Assembly: GCA_002269645.1 (NCBI GenBank)
Contig: NIVC01000043.1
Span: 62,001-126,000, forward strand
DNA: 64,000 nucleotides
Direction of reading: 5' to 3'
Source of the DNA: Macrostomum lignano
Taxonomy: Eukaryota
The notes under the pieces were generated by a model that had not been told where the DNA came from, did not search any database, and saw nothing but the letters and a program-made list of their open reading frames with translations. The position numbers and the translations under genes are program-made. This document shows positions 38,063 to 49,847 of this stretch, piece after piece. How positions within the stretch are numbered: position 1 is the stretch's first letter; each line of letters opens with the position of its first letter.

Positions 38063-40806
38063 CTACTTTCGCTTCGATTTCTTGTCAGTCCGTCCGGCCG
38101 CCGCCCCAGGCTTGATAGCGGCGTGGCCGCTCTCCTTCAAATGCTTGAACAGCTGATTCTTAGAATCGAACCACTGCCTGCAGGTTTTGCACACTTGGGT
38201 GGTCCCGTCAGCCTCCTCTTCCAACTGTTCCTGACGTTTCTGTTCAAGCAGCTCCTGCTGCTTCTGCCGTTGGCGATCCTTCCGTCGGCGCGGCTTCTTT
38301 GAAGTTTCCGGCGTTGCTGCTGCCGCCGCTTCATCATCGGAAGCTTCCGCAGCATCTTCCGCTGGTTTTGCTGCCGCAGAATTTGCATTTGGATTATCTG
38401 ATGGTTCCTCATTTTCTCCTAGCTGAGCCTGTAGCTGCTGGCGCTGCTGTTGCTTTCTTTTGCTCTTCTTTTTCTTGCCGCCAGAGACCTGCTGGACTTC
38501 CGCTTCCAGCTGTACGTCTTCATCATTGTCTAAAGAGTCATTGTCTGCTGCTGCTGGATCTTTTTCTACTGGCTGGGCATCGTGCTTTGCTAACTCAAGT
38601 TTGAGCAGCTCGAGTCGCTCTCTGTGCCGCTTGGATCGATCGTGGCTCTGCTTGGCGCCTGGGGTGCGGAATGCCTGCGATGGTGAGGAGGGGTGGCTGG
38701 ATGCAGCGATGCAGAGGGCAGCGTTGCGTCATCAGAGAGTCAGAGAAAGTGGGACTGTCAGGGTCAGACAGAGTCGATTGATAGAGTCAGAAACAATCGA
38801 GGAAGAGTCAGAGCTGATTAAGAAAGAGTCAGAGCTGATCGAGAAAGAGTCAGAGCTGATCAAGAAAGAGTCAGAGCTGATCGAGAAAGAGTCAGAGCTG
38901 ATTGAGAAAGAGTCAGAGCTGATCGAGAAAGAGTTAGAGCTGATCGAGAAAGAGTCAGAGCTGATTGAGAAAGAGTCAGAGCTGATCAAGAAAGAGTCAG
39001 AGCTGATTGAGAAAGAGTCAGAGCTGATCGAGAAAGAGTCAGAGCTGATTGAGAAAGAGTCAGAGCTGATTGAGAAAGAGTCAGAGCTGATCAAGAAAGA
39101 GTCAGAGCTGATCGAGAAAGAGTCAGAGCTGATCGAGAAAGAGTTAGAGCTGATCAAGAAAGAGTCAGAGCTGATCGAGAAAGTCATTAGCCATAAGGAA
39201 AACTTCAGACTGAGCTCACCTTCTCGCAAACAACGCACACCAGCGCATCCTCAGCATCATCCTCATCCGCTTCCTCAGCTTCATCACACTCGGCAGCACC
39301 TACAGCTCCATTGATCACCCCAGCGCCTTCTTCGCCGCCATCTTCCTGATCCTCCCAGTCTCCGTCATCGTCTAGATCGGAGGCGCCGGCCCCGTGCTCG
39401 GCTTCGATCTTGGCCAGCTCGGCCTCGAGGTCGTCAGTCCTGGCCCAGTCGGGCGCCCTGTACCGGCTGGCGGTCTCCAGGTGGGCCTTCCTAGCCGCCG
39501 AGGCCATCGCTTTCGCTTTGGCTTCGACTTCGCGCGCGCGCGCCTCTAATCGGCGCCGTTCGGCGCGCACCCGAGGATCGCGCTTTTTAACGAAAGCAAC
39601 CAGAGTTCGAATCTCTTCGTTGCGCTCTCGACGGGCGGCGTCTCTGGCTGCGCGATTCTCCTTCTCCATGGCCTTCCTGGCGTACTTGTTTGGCGCCTCC
39701 CTGGTGTCGTATTTCTCCACCCACACGTAGGACTTGCGCGTGAAGAAGGTCTCCCAGTGCGCGTAGAACGGCCTGACCACCGTGTCGTATGGGGAGTCGG
39801 AGCGGCCAAACTCTGTGCGGAATGGCAGGGGAGTTGAATGCGATAATAGTGCGATTCCTAGCTAATCCCATGCTGCATGGACTTGGGGGTGCGGCAACTG
39901 TGGATCTGGGAGGCTGGCCCAGCAGCTGAGGATCTGGGAGGCTGGTGGCCCAGCAACTGAGGATCTGGGAGGCTGGCCCAGCAACTGTGGATCTGGGAGG
40001 CTGGCCCAGCAGCTGAGGATCTGGGAAGCTGGCCCAGCAACTGTGGATCTGGGAGGCTGGCCCAGCAACTGTGGATCTGGGAGGCTGGCCCAGCAACTGA
40101 GGATCTGGGAGGCTGGTCCAGCAACTGAGGATCTGGGAGGCTGGCCCAGCAACTGAGGATCTGGGAGGCTGGTGACCCAGCAACTGAGGATCTGGGAGGC
40201 TGGCCCAGCAGCTGAGGATCTGGGAGGCTGGCCCAGCAGCTGAGGATCTGGAGGCTGGCCCAGCAACTGAGGATCTGGGAGGCTGGCCCAGCAGCTGAGG
40301 ATCTGGAAGGTCAACGGTGACACCTGGTTAGCCATCAACAGCCTCCAACCTGGAAAGTCAGGCGGCGGTTCGTCGTCTCCGTCGCAGGCCCGCCGCTCCT
40401 CCTCGGCCAGATCGCTGAACACCCGGGCGTACACAGTGAAGTAGCCTTCCTCGCCGTCGTCGTAGTCGTCGTAGCAGGCGGAGGTGAAGAATTGGAAGAC
40501 GTCCAGACGCTCCTCCTGATAGGCGTCGCCGCGGCCGAGGCCGCCTTTCAAGATCCGCTCGCGGTGCTTGTCGTACCAGGCCCGCTCCTGCGGGTCGGAC
40601 AGAGTCTCGTAGGCCTTCTGCACCAGTCGGAAGTGGGCGGTGGCCTCCTCCACCCTGTCCGGGTTCTTGTCCGGATGCCAGCGAAGCGCCAGCCGCCTGT
40701 AGGCCTTCTTCAGCTCATCGTCGGTGGCCTGGCGCTCCACCTCCAGCAGTTCGTAGTAGCAGCGGACTCCGCCGGCTCTCTGGTGCTGCTGTTCGACTGA
40801 GGTCAT
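38063..40806 (-). CDS. DNAJC21: DnaJ homolog subfamily C member 21 (Jjj1 orthologue), about 553 aa
   Basis: Exons 40806-40350, 39812-39220, 38674-38063 (phase 1, phase 0). J-domain with RWHPDKN, FYAHW..F..RKSY, NEEIRTLVAFVKKRDPRV, C2H2 fingers CVVCEKAFRTPGAKQSHDRSKRH and CKTCRQWFDSKNQLFKHLKESGH. Confidence 0.95.
38790..39185. repeat. 21-bp minisatellite (AGAGTCAGAGCTGATCGAGAA), DNAJC21 intron 2
   Basis: Direct inspection; source of the ESELIEK pseudo-ORF. Confidence 0.95.
39885..40310 (-). repeat. 28-bp minisatellite CCCAGATCCTCAGTTGCTGGGCCAGCCT, locus 3 (DNAJC21 intron 1)
   Basis: Same unit as 9363-9500, read on the minus strand; about 15 copies. Confidence 0.93.
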
Positions 40807-40859
40807 CGAGGCCGCTGCCGCATGCAGTACAGTGCGTTGAGATATGAAGATAATCCATA

Positions 40860-41005
40860 ATTCAGCTTCCTTCATCAAGCTACCAACTCAAACCTTCCTA
40901 AGACTTCCGAATCTAACCTTCAGCTTCCTTCATCAGGCTACCGACTCTAACCTTCAGCTTCCTTCATCAGGCTACCGACTCTAACCTTCAGCTTCCTCCA
41001 TCAGG
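40860..41005. repeat. 34-bp tandem repeat, about 4 copies, upstream of DNAJC21
   Basis: Unit ACCTTCAGCTTCCTTCATCAGGCTACCGACTCTA. Confidence 0.85.
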
Positions 41006-41215
41006 TTAAACCAGACAAATCGCAGGCAAAAAACAAGCGCCAAAATATAGTACACAAATTTTAATCATATTTTTCAGGAAAATATATTTAAAATTCAACG
41101 GGTCTGTAAGAGAAATCCATGGCATAAAACATTCTTAATCAGCACTAAATCATTGAACTATATGTAGTTCGGAATATATACCAGAATTAAAAATGCACAA
41201 TAGTTGTATCTCAAA

Positions 41216-43544
41216 TCAACAAGTCCCAATGGGTAGCTCAGCCTCCCTAGCCTCATCAGCTTCCTCATCAGCCGTTTGCTGTCCGTAAGCAAATCTCCTA
41301 GCCAACTGTAGCAGCCTGGCTCTAAACTGAGCATCTGTTGCTATCAGAGATGCCCACGTGGCCGAATCCATAGCGTTCATATCGCGCATAGCGTCTACGG
41401 TGAGCTCGGCTAGACGAGTGCGCTTCTCGGGCGGCATCGAGCGAATGGCGTCAGCCAGCGACACGAAGCCGCCTCGGTTAGCAACAGCGTAGGCTACGGC
41501 GGCGCACGCAGCGCCAAGCGCCAGGCCGAAATTGCAGACGCGAGGCAGCAACGCGCCGCCTAGCAGAGCGCCGCCTCCGACGGCTAAACCGGCCAAAACC
41601 GACCGGCTAACTGACGCTTGTAAAACCTCCTCCTCCGCTAAGCCGGTAATTAGTTGGGAGGCCGCCTGCACTCGCCAGTTGAACACTCGGGGATCCCAGG
41701 CTTTGACAAAGGCGAGCAATACGCGAAGCTCTTCACAGCGGCGATGCTGCTGCTGCTGCTGACTGCTCAGCTGAGTCAGGCTGGCCTCCCAGGCGGAGTA
41801 GAACGCGGCCACTACCGACTTGTAGTCGGAGTTCGATTTGCCGAATTCTGTGGGATTAGGGCCAGGGATATCGCAAATGTTTTGGGATAAAACTTAGAGA
41901 TTTGTTAAAAGGATTTTAGGGACTAGGAACTCGTAAAGAATCGGGACTAGGAACTCTTAAAGAATCGGGACTAGGAACCCTTAAAGAATCGGGACTAGGA
42001 ACCATCATAGAATCGGGACTAGGAACTCTTATAGAATCGGGACTAGGAACCATCATAGAATCGGGACCAGGAACTCTTATAGAATCGGGACTAGGAACTC
42101 TTATAGAATCGGGACTAGGAACCATCATAGAATCGGGACTAGGAACTCTTATAGAATCGGGACTAGGAACTCTTATAGAATCGGGACCAGGAACTCTTAT
42201 AGAATCGGGAACCAGGAACTTTTATAGAATCGGGACCAGGAACTCTTATAGAATCGGGACCAGGAACTCTTATAGAATCGGGACCAGGAACTCTTATAGA
42301 ATCGGGACCAGGAACTCTTATAGAATCGGGACCAGGAACTCTTATAGAATCGGGACCAGGAACTCTTATAGAATCGGTACTAGGAACTCTTATAGAATCG
42401 GGACTAGGAACTCTTATAGAATCGGGACTAGGAACTCTTATAGAATCGGGACTAGGAACTCTTATAGAATCGGTACTAGGAACTCTTATAGAATCGGGAC
42501 TAGGAACTCTTATAGAATCGGGACTAGGAACTCTTATAGAATCGGTACTAGGAACTCTTATAGAATCGGGACCAGGAACTCTTATAGAATCGGGACTAGG
42601 AACCATCATAGAATCGGGACCAGGAACTCTTATAGAATCGGGACTAGGAACCATCATAGAATCGGGACTAGGAACTCTTATAGAATCGGGACTAGGAACT
42701 CTTATAGAATAGGGACCAGGAACTATCATAGAATCGGGACTAGGAACTCTTATAGAATCGGGACTAGGAACTCTTATAGAATCGGGACTAGGAACTCTTA
42801 TAGAATCGGGACCAGGAACTCTTATAGAATCGGGACCAGGAACTCTTATAGAATCGGGACTAGGAACCATCATAGAATCGGGACCAGGAACTCTTATAGA
42901 ATCGGTACTAGGAACTCTTATAGAATCGGGACCAGGAACTCTTATAGAATCGGGACTAGGAACTATTACAGAATCGGGACTAGGAACTCTTATATAATCG
43001 GGACTAGAAACTATTACAGAATCGGGATAAGGACTATCATAGAATCGGGACTAGGAACTATTGTAGAATCGGGACTAGAAACTATCACAGAATCGGGACT
43101 CTGAATCTCACCAGGCACAGTCAAATGCAATTCGTCGGCCAACTTGTCAAACAGTCGGCCATAGACATCAAAGAAGCCGCCCGGGCCGTCGCCATAGTCG
43201 CTATAGCAACCAGGTGGGAAGTAGTTAAATAGGTTAGTAGAATCGGTATGAGGCTCCCAATTGGTGTCGCGCTGACGCAATATGGCCTCTCTGTGCTTAT
43301 CATACAGAGCTCTGGTGCGAGGATCTCCCAATATCTCATAGGCTCGTTGAATCTGTCGAAACTGATCAGTAGTATCCTCAGTAGTAGTACCGTTGGCATC
43401 GGCTCGATTCCGTTGCTTATCCGGATGCCATCGCAGGGCCTGACGGTGATAAGCTGTACGAATCTCAGCTTGACTAGCCTGACGATCCACCTGCAGAAGA
43501 TCGTAGAAGCAGCGAACAGAGCTGTCTGCCTCTTTCGATGCCAT
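41216..43544 (-). CDS. Chimeric DNAJC21-derived J-domain protein fused to a C19orf12/Nazo-like domain, about 354 aa
   Basis: Exons 43544-43112 and 41847-41216 join in phase 1 (CCT G/gtgaga..ccacag/AA TTC), the same position and phase as DNAJC21 intron 1. J-domain RWHPDKQ; PEFGKSNSDYKSVVAAFYSAWE and EELRVLLAFVKAWDPRV are DNAJC21-like; LAEEEVLQASVSRS..GGGALLGG..GGFVSLADAIRSMPPEKR is C19orf12-like. Confidence 0.85.
41905..43105. repeat. 24-bp minisatellite (TAGAATCGGGACTAGGAACTCTTA) filling the fusion-gene intron
   Basis: About 50 copies; source of the SPDSIRVP pseudo-ORFs. Confidence 0.96.
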
Positions 43545-43846
43545 TATCAAATTCAATAATAGTAGAGTTTTCTGAAATTAGATTTTTTCGGGTAAACGGC
43601 CGGAGAAATTTAAGCCTCGCCAGCTAATAAGCGGTTGAAAAATTATCGACAAAAATGAGACAATTAAACCAATTAATTATTAAATGCAGCAGCCAGAAAA
43701 AAACAGAATTTTGTTTGCTTTTGATGACGCAATTAATTTGTGTTTATTAGTATTAGAGTAAGGTTTTATAAACATTAATACAGCATAGCATAGTACAGAA
43801 TTGCATGTACAATTTACGAAGTCAAGTCATGTCAAGTAAAAAACTG

Positions 43847-46800
43847 TCAGTCGTCGGCAGGCTCCTCTGACGCCGGCGGCGGTGTCGGCACGGGCGACTG
43901 ACGCGCTGGCGGCGTCGGCGGCAGTTCGTCGTTGTCGTCGGAAGCTTCCGCAGCTTCCGCAGTTTCCACCTGTGCAGCTTCCGGTTCGGTTGACTTCTCA
44001 GTCTGCGGCAAAGGCCGCTCAGCCTCGGCTTTCGATACGGCCGTCTCTAAATCGGCGATTTCCCGCTCTAATTCGTAGTTCTTCATCACCAGGTGCACCC
44101 AGGTGTCTTCGAGGGTGTGCAACCGCTCGCCAGCTTGCACCTTGAATTAATTAATTAGATAAATTAAAGGAAAGCTAGGGTGCAATAAATAGATGGATTG
44201 TTGTGCTACACTTAATCACACCAGATGCTACACTCAATTACACTAGATATTACATTCAATTACACTAGATATTACATTCAATTACACTAGATATTACATT
44301 CAATTACACTAGATATTACATTCAATTACACTAGATATTACATTCAATTACACTAGATAGTACATTCAATTACACTAGATATTACATTCAATTACACTAG
44401 ATATTACATTCAATTACACTAGATATTACATTCAATTACACTAGATAGTACATTCAATTACACTAGATATTACATTCAATTACACTAGATATTACATTCA
44501 ATTACACTAGATAGTACATTCAATTACACTAGATATTACATTCAATTACACTAGATATTACATTCAATTACACTAGATATTACATTCAATTACACTAGAT
44601 AGTACATTCAATTACACTAGATATTACATTCAATTACACTAGATAGTACATTCAATTACACTAGATATTACATTCAATTACACTAGATAGTACATTCAAT
44701 TACACTAGATATTACATTCAATTACACTAGATATTACATTCAATTACACTAGATATTACATTCAATTACACTAGATATTACATTCAATTACACTAGATAT
44801 TACATTCAATTACACTAGATAGTACATTCAATTACACTAGATATTACATTCAATTACACTAGATATTACATTCAATTACACTAGATAGTACATTCAATTA
44901 CACTAGATAGTACATTCAATTACACTAGATTTTACATTCAATTACACTAGATATTACATTCAATTACACTAGATATTACATTCAATTACACTAGATATTA
45001 CATTCAATTACACTAGATATTACATTCAATTACACTAGATATTACATTCAATTACACTAGATAGTACATTCAATTACACTAGATAGTACATTCAATTACA
45101 CTAGATATTACATTCAATTACACTAGATTTTACATTCAATTACACTAGATTTTACATTCAATTACACTAGATAGTACATTCAATTACACTAGATAGTACA
45201 TTCAATTACACTAGATTTTACATTCAATTACACTAGATTTTACATTCAATTACACTAGATTTTACATTCAATTACACTAGATTTTACATTCAATTACACT
45301 AGATATTACATTCAATTACACTAAATTTTACATTCAATTACACTAGATATTACATTCAATTACACTAGATTTTACATTCAATTACACTAGATTTTACATT
45401 CAATTACACTAGATTTTACATTCAATTACACTAGATTTTACATTCAATTACACTAGATATTACATTCAATTACACTAGATATTACATTCAATTACACTAG
45501 ATATTACATTTAATTACACTAGATATTACATTCAATTACACTAGATATTACATTCAATTACACTAGATATTACATTCAATTACACTAGATAGTACATTCA
45601 ATTACACTAGATAGTACATTCAATTACACTAGATAGTACATTCAATTACACTAGATAGTACATTCAATTACACTAGATATTACATTCAATTACACTAGAT
45701 ATTACATTCAATTACACTAGATATTACATTCAATTACACTAGATATTACATTCAATTACACTAGATATTACATTCAATTACACTAGATATTACATTCAAT
45801 TACACTAGATTTTACATTCAATTACACTAGATATTACATTCAATTACACTAGATAGTACATTCAATTACACTAGATTTTACATTCAATTACACTAGATTT
45901 TACATTCAATTACACTAGATAGTACATTCAATTACACTAGATAGTACATTCAATTACACTAGATTTTACATTCAATTACACTAGATTTTACATTCAATTA
46001 CACTAGATTTTACATTCAATTACACTAGATTTTACATTCAATTACACTAGATATTACATTCAATTACACTAGATTTTACATTCAATTACACTAGATATTA
46101 CATTCAATTACACTAGATAGTACATTCAATTACACTAGATATTACATTCAATTACACTAGATAGTACATTCAATTACACTAGATAGTACATTCAATTACA
46201 CTAGATATTACATTCAATTACACTAGATTTTACATTCAATTACACTAGATATTACATTCAATTACACTAGATAGTACATTCAATTACACTAGATATTACA
46301 TTCAATTACACTAGATATTACATTCAATTACACTAGATATTACATTCAATTACACTAGATATTACATTCAATTACACTAGATAGTACATTCAATTACACT
46401 AGATATTACATTCAATTACACTAGATATTACATTCAATTACACTAGATATTACATTCAATTACACTAGATAGTACATTCAATTACACTAGATAGTACATT
46501 CAATTACACTAGATAGTACATTCAATTACACTAGATAGTACATTCAATTACACTAGATAGTACATTCAATTACACTAGATAGTACATTCAATTACACTAG
46601 ATTTTACATTCAATTACACTAGATATTACATTCAATTACACTAGATAGTACATTCAATTACACTAGATATTACATTCAATTACACTAGATATTACATTCA
46701 ATTACACTAGATATTACATTCAATTACACTAGATATTACATTCAATTACACTAGATAGTACATTCAATTACACTAGATATTACATTCAATTACACTAGAT

Positions 46801-47621
46801 ATTACATTCAATTACACTAGATATTACATTCAATTACACTAGATAGTACATTCAATTACACTAGATAGTACATTCAATTACACTAGATAGTACATTCAAT
46901 TACACTAGATAGTACATTCAATTACACTAGATAGTACATTCAATTACACTAGATAGTACATTCAATTACACTAGATTTTACATTCAATTACACTAGATTT
47001 TACATTCAATTACACTAGATTTTACATTCAATTACACAAGATGCTACCAAGGACGACTTAAGTAGAATGTCCTCCTACTTAAGTCGTCCTGGATGCTACG
47101 CATGCGGCACGCACCTGCTCAGTCTTCCGCTGCAAATTAACCTCCTTCACTGCTTTCCGAGTCGCCTGCAGACGCCGTTCAGTCTCAGCAACCATGCGCA
47201 CCAGAGTGTCGTTGTGACAGCGCCAAGCATCGGATCCGTGAGCCAGCAGCAGTTGCAGATTCTCAATGCGGACACTCTGGTGCTCCAGCTGGGCTCGACT
47301 GTTGTCAACTGAGTCTCGCCAGCTCTGCACATCGGTCAGGCGGCCAGTTGGCGGGGCTGGCAGTTCGTATCGCTTCATGCTCATGTGCTCAGGCGGCTGT
47401 CGACTGCTTAAACGTTCAAATTCGGCCCGCAATATATCGGTCTCAAACTGATGAAGATTCAATGGCGGCAGGTGTTCCAAATAGTTTTTAGTTGGCCGGT
47501 AGCGTCGCATCTCCTCTTCAACCATGCCGAGGGCGGCCTCTCTGACGCCGGCCTCGTCGAAGCCTCGGTCAACGTAAGGAAGAGCGTTGACCAAAGCGGC
47601 CTGTTGTTCCAGTGCAGACAT
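43847..47621 (-). CDS. BCAS2: Pre-mRNA splicing factor SPF27/BCAS2, about 266 aa
   Basis: Exons 47621-47115 and 44140-43847 (phase 0). ALPYVD, LVEEE-like MVEEEMRRYRPTKNYL, MSMKRYELPAPP, NSRAQLEHQSVRIENL, LEDTWVHLVMKNYELE. Confidence 0.95.
44225..47035. repeat. 22-bp AT-rich minisatellite (TACACTAGAT(AT/AG/TT)TACATTCAAT), about 128 copies, BCAS2 intron
   Basis: Direct inspection; variation is confined to one dinucleotide. Confidence 0.98.
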
Positions 47622-47669
47622 GCCTAAATTTGCTCAGTGGGCACGAATAGTCAGAGTTCAATACACTCA

Positions 47670-47890
47670 GCTCATCACGTGACTTTTCCTTGCGTGTTTA
47701 TTTGTCTAATACAGGGAGTGTCTGTTCAATTTATAGCCCATCGCGTGACCTCGTCTATGAATGTGCATAGGCGAGTGTTCTATTTTAGCACACCACGTGA
47801 CTTACTCGCCTTACAACATGAATGTACAGGGGGAGTGGGGCGGGTGTGTTCTATTTATAGTTCATCAAGTGACCTTCTCTAATATCGTGA
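47670..47890. promoter_or_regulatory. Putative BCAS2 promoter region with repeated (C)ACGTGAC E-box-like motifs
   Basis: TCACGTGAC (~47676), TCGCGTGAC (~47741), CCACGTGAC (~47793) and AAGTGAC (~47867) in a degenerate ~60-70-bp repeat 50-270 bp upstream of the ATG. Confidence 0.3.
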
Positions 47891-48714
47891 ATTCCCTATC
47901 TAAACGGATTCCCCAAAGACCTTTCTGAAAATAACTGAAACACGTTTAAAACAGCTTAAAACGCGAATTAAATAAAATATATATTATCGACGTTTTATTG
48001 AAAACATTTAAACAAAAATTTATAAAATTCGTTGTGTACAGTGTTCTACACGAAAAACCTGATTGTGTACGTACTGCAATAATGATGATCCAGGAGTGGA
48101 AAATTACAATATAAAAAATTAGGTGTCCAAAAGACCTCTAAATCGAGACAGTATAATAATAAAAAATTCAGTCAAAAACCTGCCAAAAAGATGGCAGCAG
48201 TGCAATCTAAAAAATTGAATATTTATTAAAACTATGGAAGACAGTCTTAGAGCACCAATTAAATGTGATATCAAATAATTAATTATGGAATAAGAAACAT
48301 TCACCATTAAATTTTGGAAGAGATTCACAGCACCAGTAGCCGCCAAAATAAGATATTATTCTCAAGAGTAAGACAAATATTCATAATTGGCCAAACTGAA
48401 TAACAAGAAAATCTGGTTTTATTTTAACATATTGCACGCGTACGACAAATAACAGCTGATATATGATTGATAATTACAAGCTGTATTACAGTTAACACAA
48501 TAGATAGCAGGTTTTAGTAATATCTTGAATATAACTGCATGGGATCTATTGAAAATAAGGAATTTAATATCACACACAAGAATGTTTTAAACATCGCATT
48601 ACATCTGGTGGCGTTCTGTGACCTTATCTGATAATTTTCTGATAATTTTGTGTTGTTCTGTGATCACTTAAGCTTTAAAAGATAAAAACTGAACAAATTT
48701 AAATAACAAGCGAT

Positions 48715-49745
48715 TTCAAATAGTTTGAGAGACAGTTTTCTAGAAATTCAAAACCGATTTCAAATATTTGGAGAGTCAGTTTTCTAAGAAATTCAAAACC
48801 GATTTCAAATATTTGGAGAGTCAGTTTTCTAAGAAATAAAAACCGATTTCAAATATTCGGAGAGTCAGTTTTCTAAGAAATTAAAAAAATCGATTTCAAA
48901 TATTCGGAGTCAGTTTTCTAAGAACAAAAAAAACGATTTCAAATATTCGGAGAGTCATTTTTCTAAGAAATTAAAAACCGATTTCAAATATTCGGAGATT
49001 CAGTTTTCTAAGAAATTAAAAACCGATTTCAAATATTCGGAGATTCAGTTTTCTAAGAAATTAAAAACCGATTTCAAATATTCGGAGTCAGTTTTCTAAG
49101 AAAATAAAAAAATCGATTTCAAATATTCGGAGTCAGTTTTCTAAGAACAAAAAAACGATTTCAAATATTCGGAGATTCAGTTTTCTAAGAAATTAAAAAC
49201 CGATTTCAAATATTCGGAGATTCAGTTTTCTAAGAAATTAAAAACCGATTTCAAATATTCGGAGATTCAGTTTTCTAAGAAATTAAAAACCGATTTCAAA
49301 TATTCGGAGATTCAGTTTTCTAAGAAATTAAAAAGCCGATTTCAAATATTCGGAGATCAGTTTTCTAAGAAATTAAAAACCGATTTCAAAGAATCTGAGG
49401 GACAGTTTTCGAAGGAGTTTGAAACCGATTTCAAAGAATCTGAGGGACAGTTTTCTAAGGAGTTTGAAACCGATTTCAAAGAATCTGAGGGACAGTTTTC
49501 TAAGGAGTTTGAAACCGATTTCAAAGGATCTGAGGGACAGTTTTCTAAGGAGTTTGAAACCGATTTCAAAGAATCTAAGGGACAGTTTTCTAAGGAGTTT
49601 GAAACCGATTTCAAAGGATCTGAGGGACAGTTTTCTAAGGAGTTTGAAACCGATTTCAAAGAATCTAAGGGACATTTTTCTAAGAAATTCCAGGGCGATT
49701 TCAAAGAGTCTGAGTGAGAGTTTTCCAAGACATTCAAAACCAATT
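48715..49745. repeat. ~45-bp minisatellite (AAACCGATTTCAAATATTCGGAGATTCAGTTTTCTAAGAAATTAA and variants)
   Basis: Direct inspection; between the Rab stop and BCAS2. Confidence 0.92.
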
Positions 49746-49847
49746 TTAAAGAATTTGGGGGTCAGTTTTTTCCAAAATAATTAACAGTTTTCCTGTCTAG
49801 GAAAAAAGAATGGTCAAATCCGTAAAAAATAATTCTAAGAATCTAAC

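Noticed and set aside
38460-39314. Coiled-coil-like ESELIEK ORF on +
   Set aside because: It is the 21-bp array inside DNAJC21 intron 2 plus antisense exon sequence.
48100-48360. Possible DNA-transposon remnant
   Set aside because: No terminal inverted repeats, TSD or recognisable transposase motif could be identified.
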